Positions 11,967 through 25,260 of a stretch of DNA of 64,000 nucleotides are shown here, piece by piece. Made by a program: the position numbers and the translations under genes. This DNA is from Squalus acanthias (taxonomy: Eukaryota). Within the stretch, counting starts at the first letter, position 1; the number at the start of each line of letters is the position of its first letter. Where the stretch lies: NCBI GenBank assembly GCA_030390025.1, contig CM059432.1, forward strand, positions 152,646,001 to 152,710,000, read 5' to 3'. Below the pieces are notes generated by a model. It was not told the origin of the DNA, did no database searches, and saw nothing but the letters and a program-made list of their open reading frames with translations.

Positions 11967-14510
11967 CTACAAATCCAGTTTAATAACAGGTTTGCGAAGC
12001 CTTCTTGATCTCCTTACAAAAGGTTTTGGTGTTGAACCAATTTTCGGGCTGTTTTGTTCTGGTTCCGAACTCAAAGATGATCCTGTTTCTATCTCAGATT
12101 TGTTTGAACCGATATGTTTCACTTCAATCCACTTTGCTGACAAGTGATTCAAGGTCACTGTCCAATCCAGGCCAGTAAACAAGACTTCTTGCAATAGATT
12201 TCATACTGACGATCCCTGGATGTTCAGTATGAAGTTCGGACAGAATTCTATCTCTCAAAGAAGAAGGTACCACCACTCTGTTTCCCCACTTGATACAACC
12301 TTGCTCAGAAGACAATTCAATACGACGGTTATGGAATGGTTTCAACTGTGTCCAGACACTGACCAGTCCATCCATTCAAGGTGTTTTCATACACTCTTTA
12401 AAGTACTGAGTCCTTTTGAGTCTCGTTTGCAATCCGTTGCATTCATGGGAAAGTCTTTGTCAACTGCACCTAGCGTGAAAATCTCACCTTCTCTCCCAAC
12501 ACATGAGTCCTCATGTGGCAACCTGGACAAGGCATCTGCGATTGAGTTTTGCTTTGAAGTGAGATATTCAATTATGTAGTCATATTGTGACAACAACACT
12601 GCCCAACTTTGCATTCTTGATGCAGCCATTGCAGGGATGGCAGATTTGGGCCCCAATATTGCTAGGAGCGGTTTGTGATCAGTTATCAGGGTAAAGTTTC
12701 TGCTAATCAGGAACTGTTGGAATTTCTTGATTCCAAACACTATGGCGAGTGCTTCCATTTCAATTTGCGCGTAGTTTCTTTTGCTCTTTGTGAGGGTTCG
12801 CGATGCGAACATGATTGGTTTCTCTTGGCCGTCATCCATTTAGTGGCTTATGACAGCTCCCACACCATAGCTAGAAGCATCACACGCTAACTTAAACTCA
12901 GGCACTGTGTCGTAGTGCACAAGTAGAGCATCACTAGAGAGACTTCTCTTACTAGCGTCAAAAGGTTCCTGTTGCGCTTTTGTCCACTTCCACTGGACAT
13001 CCTTCTTGAGGAGCTTGTGCAATGGAGCTAAGAAACGTGCGTAGTACTGGACCATTCCAAGGAAAGATTTTAACTCAGACACATTCTGTGGCTTTGGAGC
13101 ATTGATGACAGCATCAACCTTTTCCTTGACTGGTTGAAAGCCATTTGCATCAACTTTCAGACCAAGGTACACAATCTCAGGTTGCACAAAAGCACATTTG
13201 CTCCTTTTCAATTTGACATTGTGGGAATTCAACCTTTGAAGCACTAACTCTAACACTTCTAGATTTTCTTCCTCGCTGCTTGTTGCAATCAGCAAATTGT
13301 CTTAATTGCATAAGCAATTTGGAATTCCTTGCAAAATCTTATCCATCGTAGCCTGGAAGATTTTGGGGAGGACTTTATACCATTCGGCAGCTTGGTGTAT
13401 AAGTACAGTCCCTTGTGTGTGTTGATAGTGAGACACTGCTGACTCTCTTTGTCAACATTCAGCTGAGCATAAGCGTGCAACAGGTCAAGCTTAGAGAAAA
13501 CCTTTGACCCAGAGAATGTTGCATACAAATCTTGTGATGTAGGTAACGGGTACTGCTCATCGTCAGTTGCTTGGTTGATTGTAATTTTGTAGTCACCGCA
13601 CAAGCGTACAGTTTTCTCTGCTTTGGGCACGACCACAATCGGGGTAGCCCATTCACTTTTGTCAGTTTTTACTAACACTCTGTTCTCTCTCAGTTTCTCT
13701 AGCTCTTCCTCCACCTGACTTTTCAACACATAGGGGACCGGCCTTGCCTTACAATAGACAGGCTTCACGTTGGACTTGATGCGGATATGTGCGTCATACC
13801 CAGTGATGCCCTCATAACTGTCTGAGAACATGCTTTTATACTTGTTCAGCACTGTGTTGAGTCGCTTCTTTGAAGCATCTACACTTGAAGATGTTTTTCC
13901 AGTCTATTTTCAACTTTCTCAACCAGTCTTTGCCCATGAGGGTTGGCCTGTTGTTGTAGCTCGCTACAATAATAGGCAGTTTTACTGACTGGCCATTGTG
14001 CTGAACTGTACATTCCATTTGTCCACATGTCTCTAGGATTTCTCCGGAGTAGGTTTTTAACTCTACGGTACTCTTTGTAAGTGGTATTTGATTAAACTTA
14101 CTCTCATATTTGTCCTTACTCATGATAGAGCATTCCGCCACCGTGTCGATACACATATCAATATATTGGTCATTGATCAAAAGTTTTGTACGGAAGTCTT
14201 TCTCACGACTGCTAGCATTGCTGCTCGTGGCATAGATACTGTAGATGCCTAGCTCTTCAATATCAGGTATGTTCACTTCAATATTGTGAATTCCTCCCTT
14301 TTGTTGTCACTGCTTTGCATTGCCACTAGAATGGTTCTTACTTCCTGCTTTCGATCTAGCTCTGCAAGCTGTTGAAATATGGCCTTGTTTCTGGCAGTGA
14401 AAACACTTCGCATTTCTGTATTGGCAGGTTTGTGGAGAGTGATTTCCATTGCAGTGATAACAATTCACTGAACTGCTCTCACTGACATGCTTTTGACTTA
14501 GTCTCACAAC
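11967..14510 (-). pseudogene. Gypsy gag C-terminus and pol (zinc knuckles, protease, RT, RNase H, integrase Zn-binding region), frameshifted, integrase core missing
   Basis: CFHCQKQGHISTAC; IDTVAECS; WATPIVVVPK..VRLCGDYK; ACDASSYGVGAV; TDHKPL; ELHTEHPGIVSMK...YWPG, then an abrupt jump to RRSRRLRKPVIKLDL*. Confidence 0.93.
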
Positions 14511-14514
14511 TTTA

Positions 14515-15242
14515 GGGGCCGGATTTTCCGATCGGAGGCTTCCTACGGGCGGATGCCTCCGATTGGAAAAAATCTACGAATTTACCTGCTGGCTCCGTAG
14601 GTCCCGAGACGTCCGATCCTGGGCCTCTGCTCTATGAAATGCGCAGAGGCCCAGGAATCCCAGGGGAACAGGCGGTTCGCAAGCGTCCCTGGGATCACGT
14701 GGGCCATGGGGAACCAATCAAAGAAGGGAATCCCCCTTCACGCTATTGACGGGTCTCTACGCACAGAACTGTCAAAAGTATGAATGGGGATCACTTAAAA
14801 AAACAGTTAAACATTAAATACATTTTTTTAAAAACGCGTATTTAAAATGAGTTAAAATTACATTAAATATTTTAAACAAAAATTTAATTTTTTGAAAAAT
14901 TAAACAGGGCTAAAAATAAACTTACCTTTTTTTAAAGTATTTTTAAATTATAAATCAGTGAAAAATTAAAAAAAAAAATGTTTTAAGCTCTTATGCTGGT
15001 AAAAGCAGGCCTTACGCATGCTTTTACCAGGCGTAAAATGTTTAAAGTTTTCAGTGTGCGGAAGTTGTGCAGAAAGCGGAACACTCCACCCACAGAGGCC
15101 CTTTCTCCCGGGAATTCTTGACAGATCGGAAGTGCCGGGTTTTAGCGCATGCGCTTCGCATGCCTAACCCCGGCACTTGTGAGGCCCCTACGGGTGCGTA
15201 CACACCTCGTATGCACCCGTGGGGGTCGGAAAACACGGCCCA
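14515..15242. mobile_element. Non-autonomous TIR DNA transposon inserted in Gypsy gag
   Basis: TIRs GGGCCGGATTTTCCGA / TCGGAAAACACGGCCC; TA or TAG duplication; removing it rejoins the gag frame (..SQSHHQT|KVVRLSQK..). Confidence 0.9.
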
Positions 15243-15244
15243 TA

Positions 15245-15718
15245 GTTTGGTGGTGGCTTTGTGACTGTAGAGCTCAACTAGTCACTTGAGTTGGACGGAG
15301 CTCCCTAACATTCTTGGACACCATCTCCATAGATAGGGCAATTTTGCATGCTATGTCAAACGTTAGGTTCGGAGTGTTCAGTAACTTGGACTGTGTGCTC
15401 TCATCAACCAGTCCACACACAAACTTATCTCTCAACGCACGATCCAAAGATGTGCCGAAGTTACAATGCAAAGACAGGTTTTTAAGAGCTACAGTGTACT
15501 CACTGATGGTTTCACTTTGTTTTTGGTTTCTGGTACCAAACTTATAGCTCTCTGCTATTTCTAATTGCTTTGGGTCGAAATGGTCCTCGAGTTTCTTGAC
15601 AATGTCTTCAAACGACACATCCTTCGCTTTCCGTGGCGCGAGTAAATCTGTCAACGTTCCGTAGACATCTGGCCCGATCTCCGTTAGAAAAATTGTTTTT
15701 TACGTTCACGAATTACTT
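15245..15718 (-). pseudogene. Gypsy gag, middle part
   Basis: IFLTEIGPDVYGTLTDLLAP...HCNFG..LRDKFVCG. Confidence 0.9.
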
Positions 15719-18700
15719 TAGAAATATAGAAGCATAGAAGATAGGAGCAGGAGTAGGCCATTCGGCCCCTCGAGCCTGCTCCGCCATTCAATGAGATCAT
15801 GGCTGATCATCCAAATTCAGTACCCTGTCCCTGCTTTCTCCCCATATCCCTTGATCCCTTTAGCCTTAAGAAATATATCTATCTCCTTCTTGAATATATT
15901 TAATGAATTGGCCTCAACTGCCTTCTGTGGTAGAGAATTCCACAGGTTCACCACTCTCTGGGTGAAGAAATTCCTCCTCATCTCAGTCCTAAATGGCTTA
16001 CGCCTTATCCTTAGACTGTGACTCCTGATTCTGGACTCCCCCGCCATCGGGAACATCCTTCCTGCATCTAGTCTGTCTAGTCCTGTTAGAATTTTATAAG
16101 TTTCATTGAGATCCCCTCTCATTCTTCTAAACTCTAGCGAATATAAGCCTAATCGACCCAATCTCTCCTCATACGTCATTCCTGCCATCCCAGGTATCAG
16201 TCTGGTGAATCTTCGCTGCACTCCCTCCATGGCAAGAACATCCTTCCTCAGATAAGGCGACCAAAACTGCACACAATACTCAAGGTGTGGTCTCACCAAG
16301 GCCCTGTACAACTGCAGCAAGACATCCTTGCTCCTGTACTCGAATCCTCTCGCTATGAAGGCCAACATACCATTTGCCTTCTTAACCGCCTGCTGCACTT
16401 GCATGCTTACCTTCAGCGACTGGTGCACAAGAACACCCAGATCTCGTTGCACTTCCCCTTTTCCTAATCTATTGCCATTCAGATAATAATCTGCCTTCCT
16501 GTTTTTGCCACGAAAGTGGATAACCTCGCATTTATCCACATTATACTGCATCTGCCCAATCACCCAACCTGTCCAAATCATACTGGAGTTTCTCTGCATC
16601 CTCCTCACAGCACACACGCCCACCCAGCTTTGTGTCATCTGCAAACTTGGAGATATTACATCTAGTTCCCTCGTCTAGATCATTGATAAATATTGTGAAT
16701 AACTGGGGTCCTAGCACCGATCCCTGCGGTACCCCACTAGTCACTGCCTGCCACTCAGAAAAAGACCCGTTTATTCCAACTCTTTGCTTCCTGTCTGCCA
16801 ACCAGTTCTCTATCCAAGTCAGTACCTTACCCCCAATCCCATGTGCCTTAACTTTGCTCGCTAAGCTCTTATGCGGGACCTTATCGAAAGCCTTCTGAAA
16901 GTCCAAATACACCACATCCACTGGTTCTCCCTTATCTATTCTACCAGTTACATCCTCAAAAAATTCCAGTAGATTAGTCAAGCATGATTTACCTTTTGTA
17001 AATCCATGTTGACTTTGTCCGATCCTGTCACTGTTTTCCAAGTGCTCTGCTATTACATCTTTTATAATGGACTCCAGCATTTTCCCCACTACTGATGTCA
17101 GGCTTACTGGTCTATAATTCCCTGTATTCTCTCTACCACCTTTTTTAAATAGTGGGGTTACATTAGCTAACCTCCAATCCATGGGAACTGTTCCAGAGTC
17201 GATAGAATTTTGGAAGATGACCAGCAATGCATCTACTATTTCTAGGGCCACTTCCTTAAGTACCCTAGGATGTAGATTATCAGGCCCTGGGGATTTATCG
17301 GCCTTCAATCCCGTCAATTTCCCTAACACCATTTCCCTACAAATACTGATTTCATTCAGTTCCTCCCTCTCATTAGACCCTATGTTCCCTGACATCTCTG
17401 GGAGGTTATTTGTGTCCTCCTTTGTGAAGACAGAACCAAAGTATGTATTTAATTGGTCTGCTATTTCTTTGTTCCCCATTATAATTGCCCCTGATTTTGA
17501 CTGCAAGGGACCTACGTTTGACTTCACCAATCTTTTTCTCTTCACATATCTATAGAAGCTTTTACAGTCAGTTTTTATGTTCCCTGCAAGCTTACTCTCA
17601 TACTCTATTTCCCCCCTCTTAATTAATCCCTTTGTCCTCCTTTGCTGAATCCTAAACTGCTCCCAATCCTCAAGTTTGCTGCTTTTTCTGGCCAAATTAT
17701 ATGTCCTCTCCTTGGATCTTATGCTATCCCTAATTTCTCTTGTTAGCCACGGTTGAGTCACCTTTTTTTTATTTTTATGCCAAACAGTGATGAACAAATT
17801 CTGTAGTTCATCCATGCGATCTTTAAATATTTGCCATTGCCTATTCACCATCAACCCTTTAAGTAACGTTCCTCAATCCATCCTAGCCAACTCACGTCTC
17901 ATACCATCATAGTTTCCTTTATTTAAATTCAGGACCCTAGTTTCTGAGTCAACTACTTCACTCTCCATCCTAATGAAGAATTCGATCATATTATGATCGC
18001 TCCTCCCCAAGGGGCCTCGCACAACAAGATTGCTCATTAATCCTTTCTCATTACATAATACCCAGTCTAAGATGGCCTGATCTCTAGTTGGTTCCTCTAC
18101 ATATTGGTCCAGGAAACCATCCCGTATACACTCTAGGAATTCCTCCTCCACAGTATTGTTACTAATTTGGTTAGCCCAATCTATATGTAGATTAAAGTCA
18201 CCCATGATAACTACTGTGGCCTTATTGCATGCGTCTCTAATTTCCCGTTTAATGCCATCCCCAACCGCAGCATTACTGTTTGGGGGTCTGTATACAAGTC
18301 CCACTAACGTTTTCTGCCCCTTGGTATTTCTCAGCTCTACCCATACAGATTCCACATCATCAGAGCTAATATCCTTCCTTACTATTGTGTTAATCTCCTC
18401 TTTAACCAGCAATGCTACCCCACCTCCTTTTCCTTTTTGCCTGTCCTTCCTGAATATTGAATACCCCTGGATGTTGAATTCCCAGCCTTGGTCACCCTGG
18501 AGCCATGTCTCCGTAATCCCAATTATATCATATCCGTTTACATCTATTTGCGCAGCTAATTCATCCACCTTATTACGAATGCTCCTTGCATTAAGACACA
18601 AAGCCATCAGGCTTGTTTTTTTAACAATCTTGGACCTTTTAGAATTATTGTTTACTGTGGCCATGTTTGATTTACACCCTTGATTTCTCTGACTTCCACT

Positions 18701-18761
18701 TTTGCTTTTCTCCTTCCTGTCTTTTGCTTCTATCCTAGCTTCCCTTTCCTCTGTCTCCCTG
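15719..18761 (-). mobile_element. CR1 LINE, 5'-truncated, nearly complete but disrupted ORF2 (APE endonuclease + RT), inserted in Gypsy gag
   Basis: [39 protein letters not shown]; breaks near 17873 and 16555; (TTCTATG)-type tail. Confidence 0.95.
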
Positions 18762-18902
18762 AACATTCTCATCTGCACCTTCGGTCTCAATAATGTTATT
18801 GGCCCTAAAAAACATCTCCATCCACTCAGTGTAAGAACTGAATAGTTCGCGAGCTCGGTCATACATGCCGAGGCTTCTGATGAATCCCGTAGGTGTGGCC
18901 AT
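18762..18902 (-). pseudogene. Gypsy gag N-terminus
   Basis: MATPTGFIRSLGMYDRARELFSSYTEWMEMFFRANNIIETEGADEN (ATG at 18902), continuing at ~15718. Confidence 0.8.
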
Positions 18903-19067
18903 GATTGTCCTGATCCCGTTGAACAGTGACTCAGCACACTACCTTTGTACCTGTGCGAATCAACGCCGCTGTTGCTGTGTATACATACACGCAAAGGCGA
19001 AGCACAGACGATTCTGCATCAGCATTAACAATAAAACAGCGCAAAAAATTCAGTTTAGGTGTCACAA

Positions 19068-21740
19068 GGAGTGATCAGAGCATGGTTGAATTTCAAATTC
19101 AATTGGAGGGTGAGAAAGTTGGGACTCAAACCAGTGTCCTGATCTTAAATAAAGGCAATTACAAAGGTATGAAGGCAGAGTTGGCTAAAGTGGACTGGGA
19201 AAATAGATTAAAGGGTAAAACGGTTGATAAGAAATGGCAGACATTTAAGGAGATATTTCATAACTCTCAGCAAAAATATATTCCAGTGAGAAGGAAAGAC
19301 TCTAAGAGAAGGGAAAACCATCTGTGGCTAACTAAGGAAGTAAAGGATGGTATCAAATTGAAAACGAAGGCATACAATGTTGCCGAGATTAGTGGGAGGC
19401 CAGAGGATTGGGAAATTTTTAAAAACCAGCAAAGGATGACTAAAAAAATAATAAAGAGAGAGAAGCTGGATTATGAGAGTAAACTAGCAAGAAATATAAA
19501 AACAGATAGTAAGAGCTCTACAGGTATATAAAAAGGAAGTGAGTAGCTAAAGTAAACGTTGGCATAGTGGTTAGCACTGGTGCCTCACAGCGCCAGGGAC
19601 CCGGGTTCGAATCTGACCTCGGGTGACTGTCTGTGTGGAGTTTGCACATTCTACCCGTGTCTGCGTGGGTTTCCTCCGGGTGCTCTGGTTTCCTCCCACA
19701 GTCCAAAAATGTGCAGGTTAGGTTGATTTGGCTATGATAAATTGACCCTTAGTGTTAGGGGGGGATTAAATATGTGGGGTTATGGGGATAGGATGGGATA
19801 TGTTAGGGGGAATTAAATACGTGGGGTTACGGGGGTAGGGTGGGATATGTGTACTGTGGGGATTAAAGCAGGGACAGGGTACTGGATTTGGATGATCAGC
19901 CATGATCGTATTGAATGGTGGAGCAGGCTCGACGGGCCGAATGGCCTACTCCTGCTCCTAGATTCTATGTTTCTATGGTCCCTTAGAGGATGAGACTGGG
20001 GAATGAATAATGGGGAACAGGGAAATGGCAGAGACATTGAACAAATATTTTGTATCGGTCTTCACAGTAGAAGACACTAAAACCATCCCAATAATACATA
20101 ATCAAGGGGCTATAGGGAGGGGGGAACTTAAAATAATCACTATCACTAATGAAAAAGTACTTGGTAAAATAATGGGACTAAACGTGGACAAGTCCCCTGG
20201 ACCTGATGGCCTGCATCCTAGGGTCTTAAAAGAAGTGGCTGCAGAGATAGTGGATGCATTGGTTGTAATCTACCAAAATTCCCTGGATTCTGGAGAGGTC
20301 CCAGCAGATTGGAAAACCGCAAATGTAACGCCCCTATTTAAGAAGGGAGGGAGACAGAAAGCAAGAAACTATAGACCAGTTAGCCTAATATCTGTCATTG
20401 GGAAAATGCTGGAGTCCATTATTAAGCAGCAGCAGGACATTTAGAAAATCATAATACAGTCAAGCAGAGTCAGCATGGTTTTATGAAAGGGAAATCATGT
20501 TTGACAAATTTGCTGGAATTCTTTGATGATGTGACGAGCAGGGTGGATAAAGGGGAACCAGTGGATGTGGTTTATTTGGATTTCCAGAAGGCATTTGATT
20601 AAAGGTTACTGCACAAGATAAGAGCTCACGGGGTTGGGGTAATATATTAGCATGGATAGAGGATTGGCTAACTAACAGAAAACAGAGAGTCGGGATAAAT
20701 GGGTCATTTTCTGGTTGGCAAACGGTAACTAGTGGGGTGCCACAGGGATCAATGCTGGGGCCTCAACTATTTACAATCTGTATTAATGACTTAGATGAAG
20801 GGACCGAGTTTGCTGATGATACAAAGATAGGTGGTAAAGCAAGTTGTGAAGAGGACACAAAGAATCTGCAAAGGGAAATAGACAGGCTAGGTGAGTGGGC
20901 AAACATTTGGCAGATGGAGTATAATGTGGTAAAGTATGAGGTTATCCACTTTGGTAAGAAAAATAAAAAAGCATATTATTATTTAAATGGAGAGAGATTA
21001 CAAAATGCTACAGTTCAGAGGGACCTGGGGGTCCTTGTGCATGAAACACAAAAAGTTAGCATGCAGGTACAGCAAGTAAGCAGGAAGGTAAATGGAATGT
21101 TGGCCTTTATTGCAAGGGGGTTGGAGTATAAAAGCAGGGAAGTCCTGCTACAACTGTACAGGGTATTGGTGAGACCACACCTTGAGTACTGCGTACAGTT
21201 TTGGTCTCCTTATTTAAGGAGGGATATACTTGCATTGGAGGCAGTTCAGAGAGGTTCACGAAGTTGATTCCTGAGATGAAGGGGTTGACTTATGAAGAAA
21301 GATTGAGGAGGTTGGGCCTATACTCATTGGCGTTTAGAAGAATGAGAGGTGATCTTATTGAAACTTATAAGATACTGAGGGGGCTCGACAAGGTAGATGC
21401 AGAGAGGATGTTTCCCCTCATGGGGAAATCTAGAACTAGGGGGCATAGTTTCAGAATAAGGGGTCACCCATTTAAAACTGAGATGAAGAGGAATTTCTTC
21501 TCTCAGAGGGTCGTAAATCTGTGGAATTCTCTGCCCCAGAGAGCTGTGGAGGCTGGGTCATTAAATACATTTAAGGTGGAGATCGACAGATTTTTGAACA
21601 ATAAGGGAGTGAAGGGTTATGGGGAGCAGGCAGGGAAATTAAGCTGAGCCCAAGATCAGATCAGCCATGATCTCATTGAATGGCGGAGCAGGCTCGAGGG
21701 GCCAAATGGCCTACTCCTGCTCCTATTTCTTGTGTTCTTA
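19068..21740 (+). mobile_element. CR1 LINE, 5'-truncated disrupted ORF2, inserted in the Gypsy leader
   Basis: ORF2 pieces at 19070-19531, 20010-20444, 20737-21267 and 21201-21647; 3' hairpin and TTCTTGTGTTCTTA tail. Confidence 0.95.
19561..19977 (+). mobile_element. HE1-type V-SINE with CR1-derived 3' tail, inserted in CR1 ORF2
   Basis: tRNA head (AGTGGTTAGCACTG..GGGTTCGAATC), V-domain (TGTGTGGAGTTTGCAC..GGTTTCCTCCCACAGTCCAAA), CR1 tail; host sequence GTAAACGTT|GGTCCCTTAGAG resumes after it. Confidence 0.92.
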
Positions 21741-21834
21741 TTAAATTCACCTTAAACTTTTCCACTCGAAGATTGAACACTGTCCTTCCATGATCCCTAA
21801 AAATGGTTTTGGGATCTCATTCTCGTTGCCAAAA

Positions 21835-21968
21835 TGTAATATATGTGGGTAGAACAAATAAAGGACAGAGACACAAGTTGCTAGTCAATGTGCTTGCTTT
21901 ACTAGGCCAGAGTGAACTGAGCATGCTCATACTAAACCATGTGACAAACCATGTGATAATATATTACA
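21835..21968 (-). repeat. Gypsy 5' LTR (134 bp)
   Basis: Perfect 10-bp terminal inverted repeats TGTAATATAT/ATATATTACA; PBS adjacent. Confidence 0.95.
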
Positions 21969-22240
21969 GTTGTGGTATGTATATTGCCTATGTTTTCTTC
22001 CAAAGTGCAGTGCTTATTTGTACTGAATGTTATCTGCCACTGTTCTGCCACTTTAGAGATCCTATCCAGCTTAATTGGTACATCCTTGGCTGTCTTGTTA
22101 GATTTGATTGCTCCTCCCCCCAGTTTAGTTCCATCTGTTAATTTGACCAGTTTTTGTTTAGTTTCTGAATCCAAGTCGTTGATGTTTATTAGAAATAGTA
22201 GAGGTCCCGACAAACACCAATCCCTGGAGCACTTCACCCA

Positions 22241-23941
22241 GACACACAAAACCTCCCAGAAATACGAGAAAACCAAGAGTGTGGTGAGAATGAGGAACTT
22301 AAAGAAATTATTATTAGTAAAAAAACAGTACTAGCAAAATTAATGGGACTAAAAGTCGATAAATCTCAAGCAGCGGATGACTTACATCCTAGGGTTTTGA
22401 AAGAGGTGGCCATTGGGATAGTGGATGCATTGGTTGTCATCTTCCAAAATTCTATAGATTCTGGAAGGGTTCCTGCAGATTGGAGGATAGCAAATGTAAC
22501 ACCGCTATTTAAGAAAGGAGAGAGAGAGAGAAAACAGGGAACTACAGACCTGTTAGCCTCACATCAGTAGTTGGGAAAATGTTGGAATCTATTATAAAGG
22601 ATGCAATAACTGGGCACTTAGAAACTAATAGTAAGAATGGGCAGAGTCAACATGGATTTATGAAAGGGAAGTCCTGTTTGACAAACCTATTGGAGTTCTT
22701 TGAGGATGTAACTAGTGGAGTAGACAAAGGGGAACCAGTAGATGTGGTGTATTTGGATTTTCAGAAGGCCTTCGATAAGGTCCCACACAAGAGGTTGGTG
22801 AACAAAATTAGGGCACATGGAATTGGGGGTAATATACTAGCATGGATTGAGAATTGGTTAACAGACAGAAAACAAAGAGTAGGGATAAACGGGTCTTTTT
22901 CAGGATGGCAGGCTGTGACTAGTGGGGTACCGCAAGGATCGGTGCTTGGGCCCCAGCTATTCACAATCTATATCAATGATTTGGATGAGGGGACTAAATG
23001 TAACATTTCCAAATTTGCTGATGACACAAAGCTAGGTGGCAGTGTCAGTTGCGAAGAGGATGTGAAGAGGCTTCAAGGGGATCTCGACAGGCTCAGTGAG
23101 TGGGCGAGAACATGGCAGATGGCTTATAATGTGGATAAATGTGAAGTTATCCACTTTGGTAGAAAAAACAGAAAGGCAGAGTATTTCCTAAATGGTGAAA
23201 GATTGGGGAATGCAGATGCTCAAAGCGACCTTGGTGTCCTTGTACATGAGTCACTGAATGTGAATGTGCAGGTGCAGCAAGCCATTAGGAAGGCAAATGG
23301 TATGCTGGCCTTCATTACAAGAGGATTTGAGTACAGGAGTAAAAAAGTCTTACTCCAATTATATAAGGCTTTGGTGAGACCACACCTGGAGTACTGTGTA
23401 CAATTTTGGTCTCCTTACCTAAGGAAGGATATACTTGCCATAGAGGGAGTGCAACGAAGGTTCACGAGATTGATTCCTGGGACTGTCGTATGAGAAGAGA
23501 TTGAGTAAACTAGGCCTGTATTCTCTTGAATTCAGAAGAATGAGAGGGGATCTCATTGAAGCATACAAAATTATTACAGGGCTTGATAGGGTGGATGCTG
23601 GGAGAATGTTTCCCTTGGCTGGGGAGTCTAGAACCAGGGGCCACAGCCTCAGGATAAAGGGTAGGCCATTCAGGACTGGGATGAGAAGAAATTTCTTCAC
23701 ACAGAGGGTGGTGAATCTTTGGAATTCTCTGCCCCAGAGGGCTGTGGAGGCTTAGTCATTGGGTATATTCAAAACAGAAGTCGATAGATTTCTGACTAGT
23801 AAGGGCATCAAGGGATATGGTGATAAGGCCGGTGAATGGAATTGAGGCAGAAGATCAGCCATGATTTCATTAAATGGCAGAGCAGGCTCGAAGGGCCGAA
23901 TGGCCGACTCCTGCTCCTATTTATTATGTTCTTTTGTTCTT
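22241..23941 (+). mobile_element. CR1 LINE, 5'-truncated RT region
   Basis: ORF 22579-23493 with core RT motifs and frameshifts either side; CR1 3' tail. Confidence 0.95.
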
Positions 23942-24800
23942 ACTCCTGTTCCTCCCCACAATTTCCACCACCTAATGCCACTCCTCTAATGAGTGCTTGC
24001 TGCTTCCTTCCTAGCCAATTTACTGTCCAATTTCAGGCTTTATCTTGAACTCCCAACAGTTTGAAGTCTTTTGTGTAGATTTTCTTTAAGTCTGGATACA
24101 TTACTTCACAAGACTTTCCACACTCCACTTAGAATGTCTCTTCTTCAAAACAGCCAAGGTCCACTCTGTTGGACACACCGAGTATTATGATGTTTCGCAG
24201 GTGAATATTGTTGTTATAAAATATTATCGGCAAGGGGTACCCGAAGAGGGTTTAACACCATCTCTCAACTGAATTTTGGTATTGTTTAGAACTGAGCTGA
24301 GTTGAAGAACTCCTATTAATATCTATGAGCGGGTGTGTTTTAAGAAAACTAGGCTTCCAGTTTTACCTTGGAATTTTAAACTGGTTGCGCAGTAACAGAT
24401 TTATTCTGCATTGACCAGTGACTGCATGTGATAATTTCTAATATCCAAGCACGTTTGGAAGGCAACCAAATGGATTAGTTCTGACACAATCATCAAACAT
24501 TGTTTGAAGTTGGTTTGCAGTTTGGAGGGTTGCATTAGCCCTTGCCTAGTCTTCTGTACAGACCGGTTCTCTGTCCTCCCTCCCACAGAGGTATCACTCT
24601 AATAGAATTATTCCTGGTATGTGGAGATTACATACAGAGAAGAATGTGCTCCTCGTCAGGCATAGTACTGTATTCCTCATCCTTCTGAATGAAGTTACTC
24701 TACTCTGAGCTCTGGCGTAGTGGCTGCGAATTCTCTGCAAGTTGCAAAAAGCTGTGTAGTAAAAGGTAAAATCATTGGGAACAGTTGCTAGTTTTGTTAT

Positions 24801-25260
24801 AAAAAAGAAAGACTTGCATTTATATAGCACCTTACACGACCACCGGATGTCTCAAAGCGCTTTACAGCCAATGAAATACTTTTGGAGTGTAGTCACTGTT
24901 GTAATGTGGCAGCCAATTTGCACACAGCAAGCTCTCCCAAACAGCAATGTGATAATGACCAGATAATCTGTTTTTGTTATGTTGGTTGAGGGATAAATAT
25001 TGGCCAGGACACTGGGGATAACTCCCCTGCTCTTCTTCGAAATAGTGCCATGGGATCTTTTACGTCCATCTGAGAGGGCAAACGGGGCCTCGGTTTAATG
25101 TCTCATCCGAAAGACGGCACCTCCGACAGTGCAGCACTCCCTCATCACTGCACTGGAGTGTAAGCCTGGATTTTTGTGCTCAAGTCCCTGGAGTGGGACT
25201 GTGAACCCACAACCTTCTGACTCAGAGGCGAGTGTGCTACCCACTGAGCCACAGCTGACA
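24801..25260 (-). mobile_element. SacSINE1/DeuSINE-like SINE, near full length
   Basis: Head, body and tail all present. Confidence 0.92.

Larger units (their letters stand above)
11718..21968 (-). mobile_element. Ty3/Gypsy LTR retrotransposon (decayed) with nested insertions
   Basis: Two LTRs, 5-bp TSD GTTGC/GTTGT, PBS-like TGGCAACGAG next to the 5' LTR, purine tract AAGGGGAAAGCAG next to the 3' LTR, gag-PR-RT-RH-IN order. Confidence 0.95.
11390..24150 (-). mobile_element. Old, diverged CR1 RT fragment split into three pieces (11390-11717, 21969-22240, 23942-24150)
   Basis: Colinear RT motifs on minus: FEE...VMYPDLKK...NWL.RKQ (24150-23990), GPLLFLININDLD...TKLGG...WQITF (22240-22000), LKLYRA...LEYCVQF (~11570-11515). 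Confidence 0.8.

Noticed and set aside
17873..18994. 373-aa ORF resembling an endonuclease with a novel N-terminal extension
   Set aside because: Chance read-through from Gypsy leader/gag (wrong frame) across the insertion junction into CR1 ORF2
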